DNA of 64,000 nucleotides, taken from positions 159,982 to 223,981 of the forward strand of contig CAVTRW010000005.1 in assembly GCA_963737195.1 (NCBI GenBank), in the 5' to 3' direction. The notes under the pieces were generated by a model, which was not told the DNA's origin, made no database searches, and saw nothing but the letters and a program-made list of their open reading frames with translations. Both the position numbers and the translations under genes were made by a program. Source of the DNA: an uncultured Verrucomicrobiae bacterium (GTDB lineage Bacteria > Verrucomicrobiota > Verrucomicrobiia > Chthoniobacterales > UBA10450). The first letter of the stretch is position 1; the number at the start of each line of letters is the position of its first letter. Positions 27,464 to 37,148 of the stretch are shown here, piece by piece.

Positions 27464-27925
27464 TTAGTCGGGCGAAGTTCCCGGCAACGGTGTGGGCTCG
27501 GGATTATTCTCGGGCAAATCTTCGGGCGGCACAGTGAGGCGCGGATCGGTCGAATTTAGATTAAAACGCTCGCCGTGGGTGGTGGCGGGTGCAGCGTCCG
27601 GCGGCGGTGCGGTCGCTGCGGCAACAAGGGATGCCGGCGCGACTTTGATGTCTTCGCTCGCGACGTAACCTTCCTGGCCATTTGTCAGATGCACTTTGCA
27701 ATATCCAAATGACGGCCGGATGAGCGTCATCAACGTATCGCGAGGCAACTGCGTGTCCGGACCATTTCCCTGCTGGGGTCCGAATTTATAGAACGGCGCT
27801 TTTTCGGAGCTCACCGAATAAAGCTGCGCGCTGCCGGCGCCGCCGATTATGTTCTTCTGCGTTAACGAACACGCCGCGACGCCAAGCGCCGCTGCCGCGG
27901 ACAACGCGTAAAACTTCGCCGGCAT
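27464..27925 (-). CDS. lipoprotein with SH3-like domain
   Basis: Signal peptide plus Cys (GVAAC). The segment GYCKVHLTNGQEGYVASEDI is SH3b-like. Confidence 0.5.
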   Translation of the reverse strand: MPAKFYALSAAAALGVAACSLTQKNIIGGAGSAQLYSVSSEKAPFYKFGPQQGNGPDTQLPRDTLMTLIRPSFGYCKVHLTNGQEGYVASEDIKVAPASLVAAATAPPPDAAPATTHGERFNLNSTDPRLTVPPEDLPENNPEPTPLPGTSPD

Positions 27926-27949
27926 AAACCTCTCCCTAGCAGGTTCCGT

Positions 27950-28378
27950 TCACTTATAGGAACAAACCAAACAAACGCTCCCCGGTTCGCCTTCCAGCAG
28001 GCTGACACTAACGAAATATTGACCGCTATTTTCTGGAGAAAAGCCAGCGGCCGCCCTCTCCCCTGCAACGTAGTTTTCCGCCGTTACCTGATTGCCGCTC
28101 TCGTCGTAAATTTTCACGCCCACCTTCTTGCCTTCGTTGTCGGCAGCAGCTGCAAACCAATACTGGTTGCCGGCATAGAGATTGACCGCGATCAACGCCG
28201 GCTCGTTAGGCTTGAGCGAGCCCGACCAGTGCCCGTCGCGAATCTTGAAGCCGTCGTTGGTGAAGGCGCCGGCAAGGTCGAGCGCCGTCTTGCGCGCGTT
28301 GACTTCGCTATCCGATTCGGCAAAAGCAACGGCGAGGCTGAGGGCCAGGAAGGCAATGTAGAAGCCGATGCGTTTCAT
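27950..28378 (-). CDS. secreted hypothetical protein
   Basis: A signal peptide is present. No family was recognised. Confidence 0.4.
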   Translation of the reverse strand: MKRIGFYIAFLALSLAVAFAESDSEVNARKTALDLAGAFTNDGFKIRDGHWSGSLKPNEPALIAVNLYAGNQYWFAAAADNEGKKVGVKIYDESGNQVTAENYVAGERAAAGFSPENSGQYFVSVSLLEGEPGSVCLVCSYK

Positions 28379-29196
28379 GACGTTTTGCTTTGAATTTCTT
28401 CGATCAGTTTCGTCACCGTCGTGTTGAGCTTGTGCACGTCTTCGAGACTGGGCGCGGTGTTTATCGGAAACGAAACCATTTTCTCGATTTCGGAAAGCTG
28501 GTCGCTGATGTCCTTGACCAGCACCTCGTTGCGAAGCTCCGGCGAAATATCGTTGATCTTGGAGCGGATATAATTGACCAGCGCCGGCTGCCGCAAAACT
28601 TTCGCATTGCGCTCACTGTAATTTTTCTCCACCGCGGCGGTAACGACCTGGGTGCCGCGAATCCATCCGCCCAGACTAACGAGAATAATCAAGTCCTGGT
28701 CCTGATGCGAACGCATCGACGCCTTCACTTCATTTTGCGTTGCCTCCAGTTCTTCCTGCAACGCATCCCAATCGTTGTTCTCGGCAAATTCGTTAATGCT
28801 GTTGCCGCGGCCGAGAATGTCCTGACTCACGCCAAGCGCCTTCGCCAGCTTCAGGATGTCGGCTCCGGTGTTTTTCACCTGTTGCGTGTCACGCGCTTCG
28901 ACCGCGACGAATCCATCGGCAATCAATCCGCCCAGGTTGAGCGCAATCTGGGCGCGGTTGCTATACGTCATCGGCACGGGCGGCCGGTATTGGCTGGGCC
29001 AGTCGATTTTACCCGGCTTCGTCATGGCCGCGAACAATTCGCCCGGCGTCGGGATGGTCATGGTGTCACTTCGGATCGCTTTGTTGAGGGCGTCGGAAGA
29101 CAAGTGCGCCGGTTCCGCGGCAAAGAGGGAACCCGCCGTGATCGCTCCGACAAGACAAATCCCGCGAAAAACCATAAGGCAGATTATCGCACGCAA
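28375..29196 (-). CDS. secreted hypothetical protein
   Basis: A signal peptide is followed by a helical protein. No family was recognised. Confidence 0.4.
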   Translation of the reverse strand: MRAIICLMVFRGICLVGAITAGSLFAAEPAHLSSDALNKAIRSDTMTIPTPGELFAAMTKPGKIDWPSQYRPPVPMTYSNRAQIALNLGGLIADGFVAVEARDTQQVKNTGADILKLAKALGVSQDILGRGNSINEFAENNDWDALQEELEATQNEVKASMRSHQDQDLIILVSLGGWIRGTQVVTAAVEKNYSERNAKVLRQPALVNYIRSKINDISPELRNEVLVKDISDQLSEIEKMVSFPINTAPSLEDVHKLNTTVTKLIEEIQSKTS

Positions 29197-29360
29197 CTGA
29201 TTTTACCAGTCAGAATGCGGACCACTACTTGAGGCGTGCCGCCGCGGCGGAAATTCCCGTGCGTGTCGATTCGCCAGCTTTGTGCTAATAGAAGCGCCAT
29301 TGTGTTCAGTATTCTGGAAAGAATGAACTTGCTCCACCGTTTTTGTCTTCCTAACGAGTA

Positions 29361-29939
29361 ATGGCTGAGCCCGACGATTTCATCACCATCGTTTCGGGTC
29401 TGCCCCGTTCTGGCACCTCGCTCATGATGCAAATGTTAAGCGCGGGCGGATTGTCCGCGCTGACGGATGAGAAACGGACCGCTGACGAAAGCAATCCGCG
29501 CGGCTATTTCGAATTTGAGCCGGTGAAGCGTTTGCGGGCCGATCAGGCATGGCTGGGCGAGGCGCGCGGCCGCGTCGTCAAAATCATTCATCTGCTGTTG
29601 CGTGAGCTGCCGGCGGATGGGCGCTTCGCCTATCGGGTCATTTTCATGAAACGGCCGCTGGACGAGATCCTCGCCAGCCAGCGTGCCATGCTGGAGCGCG
29701 AAGGAAAGAAAAGCGCCGACGCGGCGATGCTGAGAAAGATTTTTCAGCAGCAGATGGCCGACACAGAATCTTTTCTTTCAAGCAATGCCGGTTTTTCCTA
29801 CCTGCCGATCGAATATCACGATGTCGTTAGGTCGCCGCTGGATTCGGCGAAGAAAATCCAAACCTTTCTTGGTCGTGATCTCGACCTCGAGGCGATGACG
29901 CGCGCAGTTGATCCCGCACTTTACAGGCAACGCCTGTAG
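29361..29939 (+). CDS. sulfotransferase family protein
   Basis: The N-terminal PAPS-binding-like loop is IVSGLPRSGTSLMMQML. Confidence 0.6.
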   Translation: MAEPDDFITIVSGLPRSGTSLMMQMLSAGGLSALTDEKRTADESNPRGYFEFEPVKRLRADQAWLGEARGRVVKIIHLLLRELPADGRFAYRVIFMKRPLDEILASQRAMLEREGKKSADAAMLRKIFQQQMADTESFLSSNAGFSYLPIEYHDVVRSPLDSAKKIQTFLGRDLDLEAMTRAVDPALYRQRL

Positions 29940-29956
29940 CATTACGCCTCTCGCTT

Positions 29957-30163
29957 ATGTCGCTGAGGCCGTCGTTAAATTATCGCGCGCGAAATTTTGA
30001 TTCGGAACCCAACACGATTGCCGGAATCGCAGTTGCAGTCCATCCCAGCCTGATGAAGAGCGATATTCTTTGCCAAAGCAATCGCGTCGCCAAATACAAC
30101 GAGCTTCTGCAAATCGCGGAGGAACTTGGTGACAACGCCTTCGACGGCGCTAAGGTGCGGTGA
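29957..30163 (+). pseudogene. eno: enolase C-terminal remnant (last ~65 codons only, decayed)
   Basis: ...NTIAGIAVAV......SNRVAKYNELLQIAEELG matches the enolase C-terminus (..STIADIAVA..GQIKTG...DRVAKYNQLLRIEEEL.). No upstream enolase sequence is present, and the ORF overlaps the ftsB-like start (ATGA). Confidence 0.55.
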
Positions 30164-30507
30164 TGGAATACTCCGGCTACGGCGACTTTCGAGAACGTCG
30201 CGAAGCCACCATCTGGCAGCGATTGAATCGCGTTCTGCGCGTCCTGCTCTTCATCGCGATCTGGCTGATTGTCGTTAGTCTTTTCGTTCCGCCTTACAAC
30301 AAGCTCAACCAACTCCGCGGTGACATCGACCGCTTGCAGTCGCTCGTGAACGAGCAGAAAACTTTGCTCGCGCGCCAGACGCGCGAAATTACGTGGTTGA
30401 AAACGGATCCAACGTATCTCGAAACAATCGCGCGCGATCGTCTCGACCTGATGAAGGAAGGCGAAACGATTTTCCGGCTGGAAGCGCGCGGAGGTAAGCG
30501 CAGGTAG
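30160..30507 (+). CDS. ftsB: septum formation initiator (FtsB/DivIC family)
   Basis: One TM helix is followed by a coiled coil (LRGDIDRLQSLVNEQKTLLARQTREITWLKTDPTYLETIARDRL). Confidence 0.7.
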   Translation: MMEYSGYGDFRERREATIWQRLNRVLRVLLFIAIWLIVVSLFVPPYNKLNQLRGDIDRLQSLVNEQKTLLARQTREITWLKTDPTYLETIARDRLDLMKEGETIFRLEARGGKRR

Positions 30508-30625
30508 GGCGTCTCGGGCTGTCACGACGCGAACCCTCCCCGTGGAGAGGGTAGTGTCGAGAGGATTCCGAGGGATGAATCGCCCCTGCCTTTTGCACTG
30601 ACGCCGTGTTCCGATATCTTCATTC

Positions 30626-31760
30626 ATGGCGAACGAGCTTCAGACCTTCGATGCAGAGGAACTAACAGCGCGTGTGCGCGAGTTGCGGAGGTTTCTTTGA
30701 CGTCCCGAAGCTCGAGAAAGATTTAGTCGCGCTCGAAGCGCGCATGTCCGCGCCCGATTTCTGGTCGAACCGCGAGCGGGCCCAATCGGAAGTTGAAGAG
30801 GTTTCGCGACTGCGCTCGCTTCTGAATCCATTTCGCGAACTCGAGCGCGCGGCGGAAGATTTCGAAGCGTTGCAGCAACTCGCCGTTGAGGAAAGCGATC
30901 CCACTCAACGCGCGCATGCAGAAAAAGAAGTGGCCGACGAACACGCGCGGCTTCTGCACAAACTCGAGGCGTTCGAATTGCGCCAGTTTCTTTCCGGCGA
31001 AAACGACGCATCGAATGCGTTCGTCACGATTCATTCCGGCGCGGGCGGAACGGAGTCGTGCGATTGGGCGGATATGCTTTTGCGCATGTATCAACGCTGG
31101 ATCGAACGCAGCGGTTTTACCTCGCAGGTTGTCGATATCCAGACGGGGGAAGAAGTTGGAATCAAGTCGGCCACGCTGTTGGTGCGCGGCGATTACGCCT
31201 ACGGATATCTCAACACCGAGCGCGGGGTGCATCGGCTCGTGCGTATCTCGCCCTTCGACGCGAACAAGCGTCGCCATACTTCGTTTGCCAGCGTCGATGT
31301 TGTGCCCGAGATCGGAGACTCGGCCCCGATCGAAATTAATCCGGCCGATCTCGAGATCGATACCTATCGCTCCGGCGGCAAAGGCGGACAGAACGTCAAC
31401 AAAGTTGAGACGGCGGTGCGCATCGTGCACAAACCGACGGGAATCGTCGTCGCCTGTCAGGCCGAGCGCAGCCAGGGTCGCAATCGCGAGCTCGCGATCA
31501 AAATGTTAAAAGCAAAACTTTACGAGATCGAGCAGGACAAAAAACGGGCCGAGATCGACCGGCAGTACGGCGAGAAAGGTGATGTGGCATGGGGCAGCCA
31601 AATTCGGTCGTACGTCTTTCAACCCTATCAGATGGTGAAAGATCACAGGACCGGCGCGGAAACGAGCAATGTGCAGGCGGTGATGGACGGCGAGATCGAT
31701 CTTTTTATCCAGGCAAAACTGCGCGGACAAAAGGGCGGCGAGGATAACTCCGACGTTTAA
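30626..31760 (+). CDS. prfB: peptide chain release factor 2, programmed +1 frameshift: join(30626..30697,30699..31760)
   Basis: A 24-codon leader ends in CTT TGA C at 30695-30701, and the protein continues in the +1 frame. The SPF and GGQ motifs ([19 protein letters not shown]) are present. Confidence 0.95.
30687..30701 (+). promoter_or_regulatory. prfB autoregulatory frameshift site (GGAGG-TTT-CTT-TGA-C)
   Basis: An internal Shine-Dalgarno-like GGAGG lies 3 nt upstream of the slippery CTT and the in-frame TGA followed by C. Confidence 0.9.
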
Positions 31761-31845
31761 CGTATCACTCGTTAGGCAAAAATATAGGGGCGGGCGTGTC
31801 GCCCGCGAGTTCCAGATGTTGCGGCCGACACGGCCGCCTCTACAT

Positions 31846-33288
31846 CTAGGGCGGCGGCGGACTGAGATCGTAAACTTCAACGACGGCTGTGCCGGTATCG
31901 TTCGCCACGCCGCGAACAATCGCAGTGTAATTCCCGGTGTTGAGCGTCGCGAGCAATGCTGATTCGCGCGGTTGTGTTGGTGCCAGACCCCGACTCATGA
32001 TGGTCTGTGCATTCGGATTGTTCTGCTGCCAATTGTCGTTCGTTTGCAGAAGCGCGCCATTGCCGTTGTGCAACTCGAGCGTTGGATCAGCCAGCGGATT
32101 GGAAATTCCCGACGTCGTAAGCGACGGCCCGATTGCGCGCACGATTACCTGTTTGTTTTGCGTTGCGCCGACAATGAAGCCGGCAATCAAGACATTCTGA
32201 CCGGTGAGAACCTGGCCGCGCGAAGAGATATTGCCGGCGCGGCTCGCGGTCCGATGCAGATCGTACAGCTCCACCAAACCGATGCCCGTCACACTAGGCG
32301 AAAATCCTTCCACGACGGCCGTGTAGGCTCCCTGATGCAACGTGACGTAGAGCGCCGACTCAACGCTGTTGGGCGGATCGAGATGATAGCTCGCGATCGT
32401 TGGCCCGTTCGTGCTCGTAAACCAATCATCATTCGTCGCGACCACGTGATGATTGGCGTCATAAATTGTCAGCGTCGGATCGGTAATGGGAGCGGTGATC
32501 CCGAGAGCGCGCAGCGAGTAACCGATCGCGCGCACGATGAAAGTTGCCGGAGCCGACCCTTGAATGACGAAACCGCCGATGAGAACGTTTTGCCCTGTGC
32601 CGACTAATGCGCGGGTGGAGAGATTGCGCAGGATCGCGCCATTGCCGAGCGCCTGATAAGCGGGCCCGCTATTGTAAAGACTGCGCACGCCCGCGATATC
32701 ATCGGCTTGCACCGTGTCGAGATTGCTGACGTTAGAATTCATGATCGCGGAGACGTGCTGGTTGTGTTCGTCCGGATGATCGAGGCCGAGCGTGTGGCCG
32801 AACTCGTGAATCGCGACGCGGCGAAAATCCATCACGCTGGGACGCAGATTGCCCCGGTAGGAATCCCACTGGTAGAACGTGTTGAAGATCGTGTCGGTTT
32901 CCTCCAGCACGCCGTTGCGCGAATTCAACAACGTGATGGCGAGAGTTCCGTGATCGAACGTGTCGCCGAAAATGTTATTGGAAAAGAAAACCGACATCTC
33001 GTCGTCAGAGCCATCATGGGGCACTGGTGAATGCGGAATTGAGGAAAATTTCAGATGAACGAGATACGGGTTCCAAATTGCCAGAGCGCCTTGTGCGACC
33101 TGATCGAATGAAGTCGAGCCGTCGATCAACGTGCCGCGAGGGCCGAGCGACAGTTGCATGACAACCGTGCGATCGCGCGTCCATGAAAGATTTTCGAGGA
33201 TGTATGCGTGTGCTGAACCTGCGCAAACAATGCCGATGACCAGAGCGCGGCACACAAAACCCCTGCGGCGAGTTGTTCCCGAGATCAC
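31846..33288 (-). CDS. secreted matrixin-type (M10) zinc metalloprotease with two C-terminal repeat domains; start uncertain
   Basis: The zinc motif is HEFGHTLGLDHP. Two domains of about 110 aa are paralogous (NVLI.GF......VIVRAIG.SL...GI..P..DPTL...). The GTG at 33288 precedes the signal peptide. Confidence 0.7.
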   Translation of the reverse strand: MISGTTRRRGFVCRALVIGIVCAGSAHAYILENLSWTRDRTVVMQLSLGPRGTLIDGSTSFDQVAQGALAIWNPYLVHLKFSSIPHSPVPHDGSDDEMSVFFSNNIFGDTFDHGTLAITLLNSRNGVLEETDTIFNTFYQWDSYRGNLRPSVMDFRRVAIHEFGHTLGLDHPDEHNQHVSAIMNSNVSNLDTVQADDIAGVRSLYNSGPAYQALGNGAILRNLSTRALVGTGQNVLIGGFVIQGSAPATFIVRAIGYSLRALGITAPITDPTLTIYDANHHVVATNDDWFTSTNGPTIASYHLDPPNSVESALYVTLHQGAYTAVVEGFSPSVTGIGLVELYDLHRTASRAGNISSRGQVLTGQNVLIAGFIVGATQNKQVIVRAIGPSLTTSGISNPLADPTLELHNGNGALLQTNDNWQQNNPNAQTIMSRGLAPTQPRESALLATLNTGNYTAIVRGVANDTGTAVVEVYDLSPPPP

Positions 33289-33304
33289 GGAACAAAGTAA
33301 ACGA

Positions 33305-33874
33305 TCATTTTGTTTCGACAAGACGCAGCCGAAAACGCGCGTCGAATTTGCCGCGATTGTGCGCGCGGCAACAGGCAAGACATGCGACGGCGCGCCGAAT
33401 CCGACGCACGCGCGCGAAGGACTCGCGGCATCGCGGACATTTGTAAACGAAACGGCGGGCGCGCCGGCTGACCGGAAACGGCAACTCATGACAACGCGGT
33501 TCGCCGGGGATTCCAAGATCGCGACACGCGAGCCGCCATTCGACGCCATGCGGAGCAATGCGCCGGTTTCCTGATCGCGCCTGGGCGAGCAAATGCGCCA
33601 GCTCGTGCCGCAAAGTTTGCTCGATCTCCGCTGCGCCGTGTTCGTGCAAACGCGGGTTCAACGAGATGAGCTTTCGCCGCCAATCAGCGCGTCCGGCGCA
33701 AGTTTTCAGACGTGGATTCCATTCCACGTGCACCTGCCGTGCGGTTCTTATTGCGCCGTGATGGCGCAACAGTTTGCGCGCTGTCGACTCAAGCGCAGCG
33801 TCCTTCCCTCGTTGCGGAAAACGGGAAAAACTGCGGACTTCGAAATCGAGGTGAAGCTGTTCAAGCAACAGCAT
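33305..33874 (-). CDS. SprT-like zinc metalloprotease domain protein
   Basis: The motif HELAHLLA is followed by a C-terminal Cys4 ribbon (CPRC...CLAC). Confidence 0.7.
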   Translation of the reverse strand: MLLLEQLHLDFEVRSFSRFPQRGKDAALESTARKLLRHHGAIRTARQVHVEWNPRLKTCAGRADWRRKLISLNPRLHEHGAAEIEQTLRHELAHLLAQARSGNRRIAPHGVEWRLACRDLGIPGEPRCHELPFPVSRRARRFVYKCPRCRESFARVRRIRRAVACLACCRAHNRGKFDARFRLRLVETK

Positions 33875-35007
33875 ACTGACTTGCTTTATGCTTCGTCAGG
33901 CGATCGAGGACGCGGCCAACGACGGCGCCGGCCGAGTCGATATCTTCGGTGGTAGTTTGTTTGCCTAACGAAAATCGAACGGCCGAGCTGGCGCGTTCCG
34001 TCGAGAGACCCATCGCGAGCAGCACGTGCGACGCGGTGACCGAACCCACCATGCAGGCCGAACCGCTCGACGCGCACACACCTTCCAAATCCAGCGCCAT
34101 GAGCAGCGTTTCCGAGCTGAGTCCGCGAAAACTGATATTCAACGTGTTCGCGAGGCGGTGATCGGTGTCTCCGTTCTGCACTGCGTCTGGAAAACTTTGC
34201 GCAATTTGTCTCCACAAATCGTCACGCAGCTTCTGCTCCCTGATCTGCTCTTGCTCGTTAGGCAAAAATTCCGCTGCCGCCGCCATTCCAGCGATCGCGG
34301 CAACGTTTTCCGTCCCGGGTCGGCGCTCGTTTTCATGGGAACCGCCGAACTGGATCGCTTCAATCGGAATGCCGGCGCGCAAATAGAGAAATCCCGCGCC
34401 TTTTGGTCCGTAAAATTTGTGAGCGGCAAAACTGGCGGCGTCGACGAGCGCGCTGTCGGTTTCGATCTTGCCAAACGATTGCACCATGTCGCTGTGCAAA
34501 AGCACTCCGCGTTCGCGGCAGATTTTTGAGATCTCGCGCATCGGCTGGATGACACCGGTCTCGTTATTCGCCGTCATGATCGAAACAAGCGCGGTATCGT
34601 CGCGGATGGAATCGGCAAGATGATCGAGATCAACAATGCCATTCTCGGAAACATCTAGCCATCGTCACCTCGAATTCTTCACGTTTTTCCAAATGCTCAA
34701 CCGCGTTGAGCACGGCGTGATGTTCCGTTTTGCAACTGATGACGTGTCGCGACGGTCCGCTACGCGCGAGGCCGAGCACGGCGAGATTGCATGATTCCGT
34801 GCCGCCGCTCGTAAAAATAATTTCGTGCGGCTTCGCGTGAATCAGCCCGGCGATTTTATCGCGCGCATCATCGATCGCCGCGCGCGCGACTCGTCCGGCT
34901 GCATGCACACTCGATGGATTTCCAAAATCGCGTTGCAAATACGGCAACATCGCCTCGCGCGCTTCATCGCAAAGCGGCGTCGTCGCGTTGTAATCGAGAT
35001 AAATCAT
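33861..35007 (-). pseudogene. cysteine desulfurase (NifS/IscS family), frame broken once as sequenced
   Basis: ORFs 34630..35007 and 33861..34577 are colinear. The join ...EEFEVT|WLDVSENGIVDLDHLADSIRDDTALVSIMTANNETG... lies near 34662. The motifs SAHKFYGPKG and SSGSAC are present. Confidence 0.85.
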
Positions 35008-35018
35008 CGGCCGCTTTT

Positions 35019-35099
35019 CTTACTCTTTCTCATGCTCATGCTCTCGATTCCGGAAGGAGCAAGAGCAAGAGCATGAGCATGAGCATGACAATGAGTAAG
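35019..35099. repeat. hairpin built from CATGCT / AGCATG units between cysE and the desulfurase gene
   Basis: cttactctttctcatgctcatgctct pairs with agagcatgagcatgagcatgacaatgagtaag. Confidence 0.7.
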
Positions 35100-35104
35100 A
35101 GAAT

Positions 35105-36020
35105 TTATTCCGCGAATGTATCGGTGCGCACTTCGACCTTGTGCGGCCGTTTCTGCACAATCTCGATTCGCTTTTCCTCGTAATAAACGAGCGAGTTCTT
35201 CGGCACACTTTGCGTGAGGAAAACATTTGCCCCGATGGTCGAGCCCGCGCCGATCACGGTATCGCCGCCCATCACACTCGTGCCGGCGTAAATGGTCACG
35301 TTGTCCTCGACCGTGGGATGCCGCTTTTTCCCGCGCAGGGCACGGCCAGCTCCAAGTGTCTTGGCGATGAAGGAAACGCCTTGGTACAGTCTTACGTTCG
35401 ACCCGATCTCGGTCGTTTCGCCGATGACCACACCCGTGCCGTGGTCGATAAAAAAATGCGAACCGATTCGCGCGCCGGGATGGATATCGATGCCGGTGCG
35501 GCTGTGCGCCCATTCCGCCATGATGCGTGGGATGATTGGCACCTTCTCGTAGAGCACATGCGCCATGCGATAAATCGCGATCGCTTCCAGCGATGGATAG
35601 GCGAGAATGATCTCCTCGAAACTTTGCGCCGCCGGATCGCCTTCATATGCCGCGTCGATATCGGTCCAAAGTAGTCGGCGGACTTCGGGCAACTGCGCGG
35701 TGAAGAATTCCAAAATTTTATCCACCTTCTCCTGTGTTTCCTGACTGGCCGGATAATCGCCGAGGCTTTTGCAAAATTCCGGCTTGAGCAATCCGTGCAA
35801 TTTGCGCACGCGACTGCGCGTCACATCAGGCAGATCGGTCGAGTCGACCAATGATTCGCCGCGAAAGCCCGGAAACATCAGACTCATCAATTCCGCGCAG
35901 GCTGACTTCGATCGCGCCGCGCGAGGGAAGGTTGGCGGCGGCGGCAAGATAATTGATGCCGCCGGTCTCGCTGTAAGTCTGAAGCAACTCATCGATTGCG
36001 TCGCGTGGCTTTGTGTCCAT
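35105..36020 (-). pseudogene. cysE: serine O-acetyltransferase (long form), frame broken once as sequenced
   Basis: The N-terminus MDTKPRDAIDELLQTYSETGG...AIEVSLR (frame of ORF 35826..36056) joins ELMSLMFPGFRGE... (ORF 35105..36052) near 35894. The hexapeptide-repeat C-terminus is present. Confidence 0.8.
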
Positions 36021-36073
36021 CGCGACAAAGGTACGCGACGCACCCCGCGCAATCAAAAACGAAAGTGACGAAA

Positions 36074-36831
36074 GTGCGCGCGGCGGTCATTTTGCACGCC
36101 GTGCGATTGTTGAGCCTGTTCTATCTTCTGGCGGCCGTGAACAGTCAGTCCTTCAACTTGCCCGCGCCGACGCGGCAATTGCTTGTCGTCACGGCGCGAT
36201 CATGGTCGAGCACGACCGGAAGTCTGCAGCGTTATGAGCGAGCCGGAAAAAAATGGCAAGCCGTTGGCGACGCAATCCCGGTAAGCGTCGGAAGACATGG
36301 ACTCGCGTGGGGAAGAGGCTTGCATCGCATTCCAAAGAGCGCGCGCGAAAAGTGCGAAGGCGATGGTTGTGCGCCCGCCGGAGTCTTCGCGATTGGCCCC
36401 GCTTTCGGTTATTCCGCGAAACCTCCCAGCGATTGCAAACTTTCTTACCGCGCCGCAACCGATCACGATTACTTCGTCGATGATCCAACATCCGCCGATT
36501 ACAACCGGTGGGTCACGATTCCCGCACGGTCAGCCGAACGATCCTGGAAAATTCTGGAAATCATTTGAGAGAATGCGCCGACACGATCATCGCTACGAAT
36601 GGGGAATTGTGATTCAACAGAACGACCATCCCGATCGCAAAAGGAAAAGGGAGCGCGATTTTCTTTCACGTCTGGCAAAGCGCGGGCGTCTCGACTGCCG
36701 GCTGCACCGCAATGGCGCGCGAAAATTTGCTCGAACTGCTGCGATGGCTCGATCCGAAGCAACAGCCGTTGCTCGTGCAAGGGCCGGCCGCTGAGATCAA
36801 AAATCTCTTGGCGATTGAATCGACGCGGTAA
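36074..36831 (+). pseudogene. L,D-transpeptidase-like protein, frame broken twice as sequenced; start uncertain
   Basis: Three colinear frames join as ...DYNRWVTIPA|GQPNDPGKFW...NDHPDRK|GKGSAIFFHVWQSAGVSTAGCTAMARENLLELLRWL. The junctions lie at about 36525 and about 36642. Confidence 0.6.
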
Positions 36832-36918
36832 TCTTCCCAGGGTCAGATGCGAAAGGGATCGTCTTCCGATAATCTCATCGGTTCATCGCAACCACACCGA
36901 ATCCGCGTCCCAACCTTC

Positions 36919-37031
36919 CGGGGAGCGCGCCCGCCCTCGGGCGCTCATTTCGGCGCCCCCGCCGAAATGCCCCAAAAAGTTCGCGATGGCGAGGGCGCCA
37001 TCGCCAGCGCCCGAGGGCGGGCGCGCTCCCC
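36919..37031. repeat. palindromic element family C, copy 2
   Basis: The termini match copies 1 and 3 (ccggggagcgcgcccgccctcgggcgc ... gcgcccgagggcgggcgcgctcccc). The interior differs. Confidence 0.8.
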
Positions 37032-37148
37032 AAAATTAATCGGAGCCTTGAGAAGTTGGATTATTTTGAAATTCGTTAGGCGAATGCGGAAGCAGGAATC
37101 AAAATCCACGCAAGACATCGTGGTAAGACGATCTTAGGTTGCGCGCGC

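Noticed and set aside
27464-29939. The three secreted proteins of unknown function plus the sulfotransferase as a novel system or island
   Set aside because: There are no recognisable domains beyond signal peptides, an SH3-like segment and a sulfotransferase P-loop. There are no mobility genes, and the sequence alone offers no basis for a functional model. The block is noted only as the probable insertion that truncated eno.
29980-30627. The 215-aa minus-strand ORF opposite the enolase remnant and the ftsB-like gene
   Set aside because: It has no recognisable domain. It is antisense to an ftsB-like gene with good features and to the enolase-like remnant, so it is likely a shadow ORF.
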